A stretch of DNA of 64,000 nucleotides from an uncultured Chloroflexia bacterium (GTDB taxonomy: Bacteria > Chloroflexota > Limnocylindria > Limnocylindrales > CSP1-4), in NCBI GenBank assembly GCA_963828165.1, contig CAWHDR010000001.1, positions 2,400,001 to 2,464,000 of the forward strand, given 5' to 3'. Below the pieces are notes generated by a model. It was given only the letters and a program-made list of their open reading frames with translations. It searched no databases and had not been told where the DNA came from. Every line of letters starts with the position of its first letter. The first letter of the stretch is position 1. This document shows, piece after piece, positions 21,375 to 29,500 of the stretch. The position numbers and the translations under genes were made by a program.

Positions 21375-22327
21375 CAGGCGGTCCGCCGACCGAAGCCCGG
21401 GTGGACCGAGGCCACGAAGTCGCGGAGAAGCAGGTTGGTGAGGACCGGGTCTCGAGCATCCGGGATGTGGCCTCCGCCCGCGATGGTGACGAGCCGCGCG
21501 CCACGGACCGCCTCCGCGAGCGCGATACCCGGCCCGGCGCCGGAGATCGCGTCGTTGTCGCCGACGATCACCAACACGGGGCAATGGACCCGAGCGGCCA
21601 GGGCAAGCGTCTCCTCGGCGCTCAGGCCGTCGGCGTGGTGGCCCGTGACGAGCGTCTCGGCCCCGATCTCGTGGCCCCAGCCGACGCAGTCCTCGATCTG
21701 CTTGGTGGAGTGCGGCTCATTGAAGCAGCGCGAGAAGAAGAACTGGAGGAAGCCGTCGAGATCGCGCCGCCAGTAGTGCGCGTTGTACTTGGCCCACCCC
21801 TCGTCGGTGCCCAGCACGTCGTCGAACGGGAGCCAGCGCCGTCCCGGGAGGCGCCTACCGATCGGCAGGCTCGGGCCGATCGCAACGAAGCCATCCACCC
21901 GATCCGGGTGCTCTGCGGCGACCAGCAGACCGCGTTGGGCGCCGAGCGACAACGTGACCAGCGTTGCCCGGGCCGTGGCCGTGGCGTCCATGACCGCCAC
22001 GATGTCGGCGGCCATCTCGCGCTCGTCATACGACTCCGGCTCTGCCGGTCGGTCCGACTTGCCGTTGCCGCGTGGATCGAACGTGACGACCCGGCAATGG
22101 CGGGCGAAGTAGGGGATCTGGGCTTTCCAGAGTCGCGAGTGCACGATGTGCCAGGTCGGCACGAACAGGATCGTCGGTCCGCCTTCGCCATACACCTCGT
22201 AGGCGACCCGCACGCCGTCACGTTCGACGAGGCCCTCGGCATCGGGGTAGCGGGCGCGCATCTGCTCGTGAACGCCGGTGTCGGTGGCGGTGGCGTGCGC
22301 GTGGACCGGGGGCGTGTCGACGGCCAT
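21374..22327 (-). CDS. Alpha/beta hydrolase 1
   Basis: DGVRVAYEVYG, FDPRGNGKSDRP, VTLSLGA, IVGDND, GGGH. Confidence 0.9.
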   Translation of the reverse strand: MAVDTPPVHAHATATDTGVHEQMRARYPDAEGLVERDGVRVAYEVYGEGGPTILFVPTWHIVHSRLWKAQIPYFARHCRVVTFDPRGNGKSDRPAEPESYDEREMAADIVAVMDATATARATLVTLSLGAQRGLLVAAEHPDRVDGFVAIGPSLPIGRRLPGRRWLPFDDVLGTDEGWAKYNAHYWRRDLDGFLQFFFSRCFNEPHSTKQIEDCVGWGHEIGAETLVTGHHADGLSAEETLALAARVHCPVLVIVGDNDAISGAGPGIALAEAVRGARLVTIAGGGHIPDARDPVLTNLLLRDFVASVHPGFGRRTA

Positions 22328-22332
22328 CGTGA

Positions 22333-23052
22333 TTACCCCGCTGTCACCGTCGTATCGGGGTCGGTCTCGGGCGTGGGCGCGGCCACGCGCCGGAGGAGCA
22401 CCCCGACCTTGCGCAGCGCCGAGCGCATCGGGAGCGTGGATTCGGTGACGCCGAGCAGGATCAGCTCCTCGGCGCCCAGGAACGGGGTACCCATCAGGGC
22501 CGCGATCTCGTCCGGCGTGAAGCCGCCGAGGTCGCCGCCACGTTCCTGCTCGCGCCGAGCGACTTCCGCGAGGACCCGATACCACCCACCGGCGATCTCG
22601 CGGACCGCGGCCGCGACCTCCGGGTCGGACCAGCCGGCGGCGATCATCTCCTGGAGGATCCGGACGTAGCCGGAATCGAGGTCGGCGTCGAGGAAATCGC
22701 AGGCCCGCTCCCAGCGGACCCACAGCGGCTCCGGCGCGTCGAACATGTCGCGCTGGCGTTCCAGCAGGCGCGCGGTCTCGGCCTCGAGGACCGCCAGGAT
22801 GAGCTGGCGCTTCGATCCGAAGTGGTAGTGGATCTGGCTGAGCGGGACCTGCGCCGCATCCGCCACGCGGCGGGTCGAGAGGTTGGCATAGCCGTCGGCC
22901 AGCAGGCAGCTTCGCGCCGCCGCGACGATCGCGGCGCGGGTGTCGGCGGTCGCCTGCTCTCGGCGCTCACCTCGAGTTCGGCCGTCGGTCGAGGTCGGAT
23001 CCAACACGCGCCGAGCATACGACCCGGCGCTCGCGCGCGATCCGGCGCTCAC
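22333..23052 (-). CDS. TetR/AcrR family regulator (start approximate)
   Basis: TRAAIVAAARSCLLADGYANLSTRRVADAAQVPLSQIHYHFGSK helix-turn-helix. Confidence 0.9.
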   Translation of the reverse strand: MSAGSRASAGSYARRVLDPTSTDGRTRGERREQATADTRAAIVAAARSCLLADGYANLSTRRVADAAQVPLSQIHYHFGSKRQLILAVLEAETARLLERQRDMFDAPEPLWVRWERACDFLDADLDSGYVRILQEMIAAGWSDPEVAAAVREIAGGWYRVLAEVARREQERGGDLGGFTPDEIAALMGTPFLGAEELILLGVTESTLPMRSALRKVGVLLRRVAAPTPETDPDTTVTAG

Positions 23053-23819
23053 GCGGCGACCACGTACACGGCTGCAAGGACGAGCACGACGCCAAGCGGG
23101 CGAGTGAGCCGACGACCCTGTGGCAGGTTCTTCTCGATGGCGGTGACGGCGCCGAGCACCAGCATGGCCGTCAGGCTGCTGATGCCGACACCGAACATGA
23201 CGAGCATCAGCGACCAACAGCAACCGACGCAGAACGCTCCGTGGGCGAGGCCCATCGCCAGCGCCTCGCGTCGCTCGGACACCCCGCGCCAGCGGTTCAG
23301 CACGAACCCCAGCGGGCTGCGGCACTCGTCCAGACAGCGGTCGCGGAGCGGGCTGAACTGCCACACGCCGGCCCCGAGCAGGGTGGCGCCGAGGATCAGC
23401 TGCGGATGCGCCGCGAGCCACGGCAGGGCATCGACCGCAGCGTGGACGCCGCGGTCCGCCGCCCACGCGGCGAACCCGAACGCGCCCCACACGAGCAGGT
23501 AGCCCAGCAGCAGTAGCACGACCAGCTGGCCGGGCCGGGCGCGCCGGCCGACGAGGGCCGCGAACGTGACCACCAGCGGCACGCTGCTGGGCAGCATCAT
23601 CGCGACGATCATCAGCGTCCAGCCGAGCGTGAAGGCGATCGCGCCGACGGCCACCGAGGTGCTGACCCCGCCACCGACCTCGTGGTGCAGGTAGTGCCCG
23701 TACGGGGAGCCCTCCCACCACCAAAGTGCGAGCCAGGCCAGCCCGGCGATGGCCGCGAGGGACCCGGTCAGGATCGCCCGATCCCGACCGGGTGCGCGAA
23801 GGTGCGCGGGAGAGAACAT
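23049..23819 (-). CDS. DUF2182 predicted metal-binding membrane protein
   Basis: WTLMIVAMMLPS, QFSPLRDRCLDECRSP, HGAFCVGCCWSLMLVMF, IEK. Confidence 0.88.
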   Translation of the reverse strand: MFSPAHLRAPGRDRAILTGSLAAIAGLAWLALWWWEGSPYGHYLHHEVGGGVSTSVAVGAIAFTLGWTLMIVAMMLPSSVPLVVTFAALVGRRARPGQLVVLLLLGYLLVWGAFGFAAWAADRGVHAAVDALPWLAAHPQLILGATLLGAGVWQFSPLRDRCLDECRSPLGFVLNRWRGVSERREALAMGLAHGAFCVGCCWSLMLVMFGVGISSLTAMLVLGAVTAIEKNLPQGRRLTRPLGVVLVLAAVYVVAA

Positions 23820-23840
23820 CGGCCCGGCTCCTTCGCCGCG

Positions 23841-24449
23841 TCAGGCCGCGAAGCGGAAGTGGCCCTGGAGGGCGTTGTGCCCCTGCAGGTCGACGCTCGG
23901 GATGCCGTGGCCAGTCCCGTCCTTCGTGAACTGGCTGGCCTTGCTGGCGAACACCGGCGAGCCCGGGATGGTGCTGAACACCGTCTCGGCCAGCGTGGTC
24001 GGGTTGCCGGTGGCGCCCATGAACGGTGCCATCTCGGCCTCGACGCGCGTCCCGATCTTGAGCTTGCCCTTACCGCCATCCACGGTGAAGCTGATCGGCG
24101 CGCGTTCAACGGCCACGACCTCACCGATGAGGCCCGCCAGGTCGGCGATCGCGCCACCGAGCTGTCCGGTGAACAGCTTGAGCAGCACGCCTTCCTGCTC
24201 GCTGGTGGCGCGCTCGTCGACGAACACGACGGCCTTCCACGACTTCGGGATCAGGATGTTCTTGGGGATGTGGGCCGAGACCGCCATCGTCAGCCCATCG
24301 ACGCTCACGCCCTCGATCGAACCCTGTTCGATGCCCCAGGCGATCACGGTGTCGCACGTCTTGAAGTCCGGGTCCTCGCCGACCCAGCATGGGCACAGCA
24401 CGTTGCAGGTGCAGACCTCCAACAGCCGTCCCTCGATCTCGTACGCCAT
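23841..24449 (-). CDS. DUF1326 protein
   Basis: EVCTCNVLCPC N-terminal Cys motif; GGAGG RBS; usual pairing with DUF2182. Confidence 0.88.
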   Translation of the reverse strand: MAYEIEGRLLEVCTCNVLCPCWVGEDPDFKTCDTVIAWGIEQGSIEGVSVDGLTMAVSAHIPKNILIPKSWKAVVFVDERATSEQEGVLLKLFTGQLGGAIADLAGLIGEVVAVERAPISFTVDGGKGKLKIGTRVEAEMAPFMGATGNPTTLAETVFSTIPGSPVFASKASQFTKDGTGHGIPSVDLQGHNALQGHFRFAA

Positions 24450-24482
24450 CACGCACCTCCCCATGCCCACGTGTCGGGGCTA

Positions 24483-24544
24483 TCGGTCAATCGACCGACA
24501 TCGGTCGAACGACCGAACAATAGCGCGGGTTTGCCGGTTGTCAA
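24483..24544 (-). promoter_or_regulatory. Sigma70 promoter with two tandem palindromic operators
   Basis: Minus-strand TTGACA (24539-44)-N16-TATTGT (24517-22); TCGGTC-N4-GACCGA at 24483-98 and 24501-16. Confidence 0.75.
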
Positions 24545-24607
24545 GCCGTAGCGGTGGAGATCGGGCGCGCTCTGCTAGCATCGGGCCCCCAGTCCTCGCG
24601 TCCGGCC

Positions 24608-26071
24608 ATGCCAGGTCCGGATGCCCTTTCGGAGGCTCCTCCCGTGCCCCTTCCCACGACCGACCCGAGCGAGGTCGCGCCAGACGACGTCGCGCCCGCC
24701 ATCGCGGAACTCGACACGATCGTCTCGCTCTCCAAGCGGCGCGGCTTCATCTTCCCGTCCTCGGAGATCTACGGCGGCATCAACGCCGTCTGGGACTACG
24801 GTCCCCTTGGCGTCGAGCTCAAGAACAACGTCAAGCGCGCCTGGTGGCGGTCGATGGTCCAGGAGCGCGACGACATCGTCGGGCTCGATGCCGGGATCCT
24901 CATGCACCCGCAAGTGTGGGTGACGTCCGGGCACGTCGGCTCGTTCAGCGATCCGCTGGTCGAATGCCAGACGGACCAACGGCGGTTCCGGCTCGACGAG
25001 CTGCCGGGCGCGGAGGGGCTTTCCGCGACGGACCTCCAGGATCCCGGCATCGTGGAGCGCCTGGGACTCAAGTGCCCCGTGGACGGCGGCCCGCTGTCTG
25101 CGCCACGCCGGTTCAACCTCATGTTCAAGACGTTCATGGGCCCCGTTGAGGAGGATGCGTCGGTCATCTACCTGCGCCCAGAGACCGCGCAGGGCTCATA
25201 CGTGAACTTCAAGAACGTCCAGCAGTCGAGCCGCAAGAAGCTGCCGTTCGGGATCGCCCAGATCGGGAAGTCGTTCCGGAACGAGATCTCGCCCGGCAAC
25301 TTCGTGTTCCGCATGCGCGAGTTCGAGCAGATGGAGATGCAGTACTTCGTCCGGCCCGAAGCGGAGGCTGCAGCCGCGTTCGAGGAGTGGCTGCCGGCCC
25401 GCCGAGCCTGGTACGAGCGTTTCGGCGTGACGTCGTCGCGGCTCCGCTTGCGCGAGCACGCGCCCGACGAACTCGCGCACTACGCCAAGAAGGCGGTCGA
25501 TGTGGAGTACCGCTTCCCCTTCGGGTGGAAGGAGCTCGAGGGCGTCCACAACCGCGGGGACTTCGACCTGTCGCGCCATTCCGAGGCGTCGGGCGAGACC
25601 CTGGAGTACTTCGATCAGGCGACCAACGAGCACGTGGTGCCATGGGTGGTCGAAACGGCCGCGGGCGCCGACCGAGCCGCCTTCACGTTCCTCATCGACG
25701 CCTACCGCGAGGAGGAGGTCCGCGGCGAGACCCGCGTGTCCCTCGCCCTCCATCCCGACCTCGCGCCGTACAAGGTCGCCGTCTTGCCGCTGCTCAAGAA
25801 GCGGCCCGAGATCGTGGCCCTCTGTCACGCGATCAAGACCGACCTGCAGCGCCACACGATGGCGGTCTACGACGACACGGCGGCGATCGGAAAGCTCTAC
25901 CGCCGTCAGGACGAGATCGGCACGCCCTGGTGCATCACGGTGGACGTCGATTCGCTGGACGACAACGCCGTCACGGTGCGCGATCGCGACACCATGACCC
26001 AGGAGCGCATCCCGGTCGAGGGCGTGACGCGGCTCATCCTCGATCGACTGGACGCGGCCCGGGCGAAGTGA
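24608..26071 (+). CDS. glyQS: Glycine-tRNA ligase, homodimeric type (start approximate)
   Basis: KRRGFIFPSSEIYGG, FNLMF, YLRPETAQG, GKSFRNEI, REFEQME, YRRQDEIGTP. Confidence 0.96.
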   Translation: MPGPDALSEAPPVPLPTTDPSEVAPDDVAPAIAELDTIVSLSKRRGFIFPSSEIYGGINAVWDYGPLGVELKNNVKRAWWRSMVQERDDIVGLDAGILMHPQVWVTSGHVGSFSDPLVECQTDQRRFRLDELPGAEGLSATDLQDPGIVERLGLKCPVDGGPLSAPRRFNLMFKTFMGPVEEDASVIYLRPETAQGSYVNFKNVQQSSRKKLPFGIAQIGKSFRNEISPGNFVFRMREFEQMEMQYFVRPEAEAAAAFEEWLPARRAWYERFGVTSSRLRLREHAPDELAHYAKKAVDVEYRFPFGWKELEGVHNRGDFDLSRHSEASGETLEYFDQATNEHVVPWVVETAAGADRAAFTFLIDAYREEEVRGETRVSLALHPDLAPYKVAVLPLLKKRPEIVALCHAIKTDLQRHTMAVYDDTAAIGKLYRRQDEIGTPWCITVDVDSLDDNAVTVRDRDTMTQERIPVEGVTRLILDRLDAARAK

Positions 26072-27057
26072 CCGCGGCCGAGGAGCTCATGCGGTCCGTC
26101 GGGGCGTGGCTCGGCGGGCTCGACGCCGGCCAGCGAAAGCGTGCGACCTTCCCGTTCGAGAGCACCGAGCGCGTCGTCTGGGACTATCGCCCGGGTGAGC
26201 GGGGTGGCCTCGCACTCGCCGACATGCGCCCGGACCAGCGCTCCGCGGCGATGACCGTGGTACGTACCGCGCTCAGCGAACGTGGGGCGAACGAGGTGGC
26301 GTCGATCATCGCCCTCGAAACGGTCCTGGGCGAGCTCGAGCGCGACCGTGGCCGTGATGGGTGGATGCGCCGCGACCCGGAGCGGTACTGGTTTGCGGTG
26401 TTCGGTGACCCGGGCTCGGATGGGCCGTGGTCATGGCGCGTCGGGGGGCACCACGTGGCCATCCAGCTGACCGTCGCCGACGCCCGCATCGTGGGCAGCA
26501 CGCCGTCCTTCCTGGGTTCCAACCCGGCCGTCGTGCCGAGCGGGCCGACGGCGGGTCAGCGCGCCCTCACCGGCGAGGAGTCACTGGCCCGGGCGCTCGT
26601 GGATAGCCTGTCGCCGGAGCAGCGGGCGATCGCGATCGCGGATGCCGTGGCGCCGCCCGACATCCTGAGTGGGAATGGCGCGCGCGCCGACGTCTCTGCG
26701 ATCCCCGCCGGGATCCGCCACGACGATCTGACGGAGGCTCAGCAGGAGGGCCTGGAGCGGCTGATCCGGCATTACGTGGGGCGGGCACAGGACGAGGTTG
26801 CCGCCGCGGACTGGGGGCGGATCAGGGAAGCGGGCCTCGCCGCGATCACGTTCGCCTGGGCTGGTCCACTGGGCCCCGGTCGTGGCCACTACTACGCGGT
26901 TCGCGGCCCCGGCTTCCTCGTCGAGTACGACAACACCCAGGACGGCGCGAACCACATCCACGCGGTCTGGCGCGACCTCACCAACGACTGGGGCGAAGAC
27001 TTGCTCGCTGCGCATTACCGCTCGGGCCATCGCGAACGCGGAATAACCGGGAGATAA
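26068..27057 (+). CDS. DUF3500 family protein
   Basis: YWFAVFGDP, WSWRVGGHHVA, PSFLGSNP, EYDNTQDGANHIHAVWRDLTNDWG. Confidence 0.88.
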   Translation: MTAAEELMRSVGAWLGGLDAGQRKRATFPFESTERVVWDYRPGERGGLALADMRPDQRSAAMTVVRTALSERGANEVASIIALETVLGELERDRGRDGWMRRDPERYWFAVFGDPGSDGPWSWRVGGHHVAIQLTVADARIVGSTPSFLGSNPAVVPSGPTAGQRALTGEESLARALVDSLSPEQRAIAIADAVAPPDILSGNGARADVSAIPAGIRHDDLTEAQQEGLERLIRHYVGRAQDEVAAADWGRIREAGLAAITFAWAGPLGPGRGHYYAVRGPGFLVEYDNTQDGANHIHAVWRDLTNDWGEDLLAAHYRSGHRERGITGR

Positions 27058-27080
27058 GCCCTGGCGGCCATCCTCATCGA

Positions 27081-27824
27081 ATGGATGACGCTCGCGTCGG
27101 CCGATCGCTCCGCGTCCTGCGACAGCGGCGTGGACTGCGACAGTCTGAGGTTGCGATCGCTGCGGGCGTCTCCCAATCCACCGTTTCTGACGTGGAATGT
27201 GGTCGCGTGGCCCGTTTGCCGATGGCGACGATCCGGCGAATCTTCGCGGCTGTCGATGCTGGCTTCGAGGGCACGGTGCAATGGCGTGGCGCCGGCCTCG
27301 ATCGATTGCTCGACGCCCGGCATGCCGCTTTGGTGGCGGCGAGCGTCCGTCGCCTTGGCGGCCTCGGCTGGCAAACGAAGGTCGAGACGACGTATTCGAT
27401 CTATGGGGAGCGCGGTTCGATCGACGTGATGGGCGGTTTCGTGAAGCTGCGTGCGGCCCTGGTCGAGGAGGTCAAGTCCGAGCTCCCGAGCCTCGAGGAA
27501 ACCATTCGAAAGCTCGACGAGAAGGTCCGACTCGTGAGAGAGCAGATCGCGGAGCGAGAGTTCGGTTGGCGTCCCGAGTCGGTCGGTCGGCTGCTGGTTC
27601 TGCCGGATTCCACAACCTCGCGGCGCCGAGTGATGGCCTTGGATCCAGTACTCCGTGTCGCCTTCCCAGATCGCGGATCTTCAGTGCGAGCGTGGCTACG
27701 CAACCCTTCCGGCGACCTGTCCGGGATCCTGTTTCTGCCTGATATCGCCACAGGCGATCGTAGCCCGGACCATCGCGAGGTCCAGCGCGTGCGGGGCCGC
27801 CGAGATGGCGAATTTGGGCCCTGA
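27081..27824 (+). CDS. XRE-type HTH fused to a putative PD-(D/E)XK nuclease domain
   Basis: LRQRRGLRQSEVAIAAGVSQSTVSDVECG HTH; GWQTKVE...GERGSIDV...LVEEVKSE resembles an E...D...ExK core; more T-rich than flanking genes. Confidence 0.75.
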   Translation: MDDARVGRSLRVLRQRRGLRQSEVAIAAGVSQSTVSDVECGRVARLPMATIRRIFAAVDAGFEGTVQWRGAGLDRLLDARHAALVAASVRRLGGLGWQTKVETTYSIYGERGSIDVMGGFVKLRAALVEEVKSELPSLEETIRKLDEKVRLVREQIAEREFGWRPESVGRLLVLPDSTTSRRRVMALDPVLRVAFPDRGSSVRAWLRNPSGDLSGILFLPDIATGDRSPDHREVQRVRGRRDGEFGP

Positions 27825-27918
27825 TATCGCCCCCCGCAATCGTTGGTGCCCATTTCGTGGCAACTGCGCCGCCGATCCCTCGTGGGCCGAACCTACGATC
27901 GCCGGGGGCGATATTCGG
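27738..27918. repeat. Direct-direct-inverted 26-bp motif array overlapping the 3' end of the HTH-nuclease gene
   Basis: CCTGATATCGCCACAGGCGATCGTAG (27738), CCTGATATCGCCCCCCGCAATCGTTG (27820, 21/26), reverse complement CCGAATATCGCCCCCGGCGATCGTAG (27893-27918, 22/26). Confidence 0.85.
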
Positions 27919-27985
27919 GGGATTCGCCGGGAAAGGGTGAGGCGTGGCGGGTCCGGACCCGCACCTGATCCTTGAAGCCGCACCT

Positions 27986-28450
27986 TCAGCGCGGATGGAG
28001 CTCGAACACCGGTCGACCCTCGGCCGCTTCCACGGGTCGTCTGATGTCTACCCCATCGACGATGCGAATGAACGTGACGCCGAACGGGATCCTTCGCGCG
28101 AGGGGGCCAAGGATGTCGCGAAAGAACTCCACGCTCTCGGTCGGGTCCAGCTCGGTCGCTCGTACTACTTCCTCCTGACCGCGGTAGTTGACGGTCGCGC
28201 GTCCGGCAGCCCGCAGATTGCGCACCCAATGGACCTCGCCCCAGGGCGCCCAGATGAACCTCCTGCCCGAGACCGCGATGATCGCCACCGGTGTGGTCCG
28301 AGGCAGGCCACTCTTCCGGCCCGGAATGGTGATGAGCCCGTTGTAGCCGATGGGAACGCCAGCGGCCAACAGGAACTTGAGGATCGGGCTGAACAGCGAG
28401 ACCTGCAGCGGTACGTGGGCGACCCTGCCCATCTGCGTTGTCATCTGCAC
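27986..28450 (-). CDS. Deazaflavin(F420)-dependent nitroreductase-family oxidoreductase
   Basis: LITIPGRKSGLPRTTPV, WVRNLRAAG, PVFEL. Confidence 0.85.
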   Translation of the reverse strand: MQMTTQMGRVAHVPLQVSLFSPILKFLLAAGVPIGYNGLITIPGRKSGLPRTTPVAIIAVSGRRFIWAPWGEVHWVRNLRAAGRATVNYRGQEEVVRATELDPTESVEFFRDILGPLARRIPFGVTFIRIVDGVDIRRPVEAAEGRPVFELHPR

Positions 28451-28489
28451 GGCTCCTTCCCGCGTCGGTGCGTTCCAGGTATCACAAGG

Positions 28490-28518
28490 ATGACCCGCGA
28501 GACCGTGCGGACGTGACC
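28490..28518 (-). promoter_or_regulatory. ECF41-type promoter for the oxidoreductase
   Basis: Minus strand GGTCACG-N16-GGTCAT, like the ECF41 TGTCACA-N16-CGTC pattern; second copy upstream of the sigma gene. Confidence 0.6.
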
Positions 28519-28538
28519 GCCGCCGATGCCCGGGACGT

Positions 28539-29423
28539 TCAGCCAGCGACCACCGTGAGATCCAGCTCAGCGAGTCGGTCCGGATCCGCGAGCACGTCGA
28601 TCACGACGACCTTCCCGCCGCGGACCGTCAGGGCCACGACGGCAAACGGACTGCCGTCTGGCGACCAGGCAACGCCCCCGGGGATGCCGTTGACGAGGAT
28701 CCTCGTCGACGTAGCGGCGAACCGACGGAAGCTCATCGCCTGCGCGGCAACGGCCGGCGCGCCGCGGACCAGCGAGACCAGACCCGGTCGTGCCGCGCCG
28801 CCGTCGGAGCGCACGACGACATCCGGATCGAGCACCCCCAGGAGTCGCTCGAAGTCACCATCACGCGCCGCCGCCAGGAACGCGTCGACCACGGCCCATT
28901 GGCCATCGAGATCGACGTCCGGCACGGGCGCACCCTGGACGCGGCGGCGGGCCCGGCTTGCGAGCTGCCTCGTGGCTGTCGGCGTTCGGCCGACGATCGG
29001 TGCGATCTCGTCGAACGGCACGGCGAACACGTCGTGCAGCACGAAGGCGATCCGTTCGGCGGGCGTCAGGGTCTCGAGGACGACGAGCATCGCGAGCCCG
29101 ACCGAATCGCCCAGCAGGGCTTCCTGCTCGGGATCCATGCCCTCCTCGGGGCTCACGACGGGATCCGGGACGTGTGTGTCCAGGGAGCCTTCGCGGCGCG
29201 TCTTGCGCGAACGCAGCATGTTGAGGCAGACCCGTGCGACGACCGTGGTCAGCCACGCCCGCAGGTTATCGACGCGGGTCGCGTCGGAGCGGCTCAGCCG
29301 GATCCAGGCCTCCTGGACGGCGTCGTCCGCCTCAGTGAGCGAGCCGAGCATCCGATAGGCCACACCGCGCAGGTGCGAGCGGTTCGCCTCGAAGCGTTCG
29401 GCGAGCACGTCCTGGTCGTCCAT
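28539..29423 (-). CDS. ECF41/SigJ-type sigma factor with SnoaL-like C-terminus
   Basis: AYRMLGS..EADDAVQEAW, ERIAFVLHDVF, RQLASRARR, DVVVRSDGG, VNGIPG. Confidence 0.93.
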   Translation of the reverse strand: MDDQDVLAERFEANRSHLRGVAYRMLGSLTEADDAVQEAWIRLSRSDATRVDNLRAWLTTVVARVCLNMLRSRKTRREGSLDTHVPDPVVSPEEGMDPEQEALLGDSVGLAMLVVLETLTPAERIAFVLHDVFAVPFDEIAPIVGRTPTATRQLASRARRRVQGAPVPDVDLDGQWAVVDAFLAAARDGDFERLLGVLDPDVVVRSDGGAARPGLVSLVRGAPAVAAQAMSFRRFAATSTRILVNGIPGGVAWSPDGSPFAVVALTVRGGKVVVIDVLADPDRLAELDLTVVAG

Positions 29424-29460
29424 GCGATACGTTCCTTCGGTCGATACGGGGGTCAAGTCG

Positions 29461-29489
29461 TTGACCCGCCAGCCCGCGAACCTGTGACC
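29461..29489 (-). promoter_or_regulatory. ECF41-type autoregulatory promoter
   Basis: Minus strand GGTCACA-N16-GGTCAA. Confidence 0.6.
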
Positions 29490-29500
29490 GGACAGCGGAC

